This document shows positions 62,371 through 64,000 of a stretch of DNA of 64,000 bases, in pieces. A program made the translations under genes and the position numbers. Source of the DNA: Oculina patagonica (lineage: Eukaryota). Positions within the stretch are counted from its first letter, which is position 1, and each line of letters begins with the position of its first letter. The stretch lies in the NCBI RefSeq assembly GCF_052425735.1, contig NC_135770.1, positions 24,924,001 through 24,988,000 on the forward strand. The letters are read 5' to 3'. The notes beneath the pieces are model-generated. The model worked only from the letters and a program-made list of their open reading frames with translations. It was not told where the DNA came from and searched no databases.

Positions 62371-64000
62371 ATCCGTACTAAGGGCAACTAGATTTTGAAC
62401 ATCTCCATACCCATCATGTGTAGGGTCACTGGATTATTTTTTTTTCCGGGGGGGGGGGGGGAGGGAGGATCAGTTCAGAGATTCCTAAAGGAAATGTCAT
62501 GTTTTACATTATTTCAGCCCTAACACAACTGTGGAGTATGCAGATAAAAGTCACGAATGCAAAGACATGTACCAATGATTTTGATTGGCACCGCTAAACA
62601 CAGGTACAATAGATTAAAAATAGTACTTGCGATAATATATATACACTGTATATACATTTTTTTGCTCTCATTTAACTTTTTTCCAGTTATGATTAACACC
62701 AGTTATAGTCATAGTCAGAAAGACAGATAAATAAGGCAGACAGCTGCAAGACATTAATTATTATTTTTCAATAATTTTGTCAAAACAAGTAATGGCCAAT
62801 AAATGGTAGCTCACCATGTCTGTAATATTTATGAACTTTACCCCATAAAAAAGTTTAAGACTGACTAACTATTAATTATAATGTTATACAGGTGAAGATT
62901 TTGATTGATGATTGATCATGAATGGATCCGGAAGCAGGCCTAGGTAGTGTTATTGTTTCTTATTGGTTCGATAGGGTACAGTCAATACCATAAAGTTCCC
63001 TGTTTAAGCCACACCGGAAATAAGCCGGACCCCTATTTTGAAGCTCCGTTTTCGAAAACAAACACTTAAGTTTGAACTTCAAGTGAAAAAAGAAGGAAAT
63101 AATCAAACAAATAAGGACAAACAAGCACGGTTTCAAAACTAGATACGGCAGTTGTTGCAATGTTTAATATGAATATTTAACTCTGATAAAAGCAAAAATT
63201 CATTTGTCGTACCTCCTTTTTAGTTTTAGTACACAATATCTTTGACTTGGATGGTCTCTTGATATCATTTTTAAAGATTAACAGTTCTAAACAAGATATA
63301 TACGAAACTGTACAAATCAATCCGCGAATGATGACTGCTTAGTAGCCAAGCTTAAAATAGAGAGAGGAGTCTGGGCTTTAGAAAACAGCTCATCCTCGTA
63401 CCCAGGGTCTTCGTTCCCACCAGCGGTCAGGAAACGTTTCTTCAAGCCTGCGCAGAAGGGACGAAGACTCGAGGTAGGAGAATGTCTTGCTCTCAGAAAA
63501 AACAACGTTTTCAAGGGGTTTGGAAACTGTTACCCGCAACAGTATAAAAAATCCATGCAGAATAGGAGATTGGCGTGATGGTGAATACAAATGCGAAGCG
63601 GTCGGCCATCGGCCCTTTGAGTACTTGCGATAATCTTGGTATTTTCTCGCACGCGGCGAAAGGATATGCATTGAAGCGACCGGCCACAGGGCCACTTATT
63701 TGCATGTCATTGAATAAGAATAGCCTCTATTGTGTTATGCCTCGTTCCGTAAAGAGTGCCGACACGGTGGACCGAAGTGGCCCTGCATTCTGTAGTTGCT
63801 CCTATTTAGTGACCAGTTTTGTTTTTGATTACTGCAGGCATGAATACATATGTGGCAGTACACAAATACTCAGTGGTGATTACTGCAGATATGAAGGCAT
63901 ATGACAGTGGACATACTCAATGGTGAGTGTGTGAATTATTTGAGGCAGGCGGGGTCCTAAAGAAAATGTGTAGTGATGCATTCTCAATTAAAATTAAGGG

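Noticed and set aside
62893-63925. Possible AG...GT bounded exons (62893-62943, ~63838-63923)
   Set aside because: No consistent reading frame; cannot be supported without transcripts.

Overview
Eukaryotic, AT-rich, intron-containing DNA, most likely a stony coral (inferred from the gene and repeat families), with two 500-N scaffold gaps (1454-1953, 43382-43881). The left two-thirds is a tandem and inverted cluster of at least six paralogues of a secreted, Cys-rich fibrinogen/intelectin-like protein resembling coral 'uncharacterized skeletal organic matrix protein 5-like'. Copies B and D look intact; A, C, E and F carry 5' lesions but keep an open final exon. Two orphan 3' flanks point to further copies in the gaps. 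Inserted in the cluster are a BEL/Pao LTR retrotransposon (identical 319-bp LTRs, GAGGT TSD), a duplicated head-to-head pair of degraded RTE LINEs, many MITEs and several hairpin-ended non-autonomous elements, one with a Crypton/DUF3504-like fragment. The BEL pol region is scrambled by four microhomology junctions, and its primer-binding site is complementary to its own LTR rather than to a tRNA (candidate self-priming). The right third holds a six-exon Helitron-like gene (charged repeat, OTU protease, Zn finger, HUH/Y2 Rep, PIF1 helicase; about 2000 aa) with two point lesions. All alignments were done by eye; no database searches were run.
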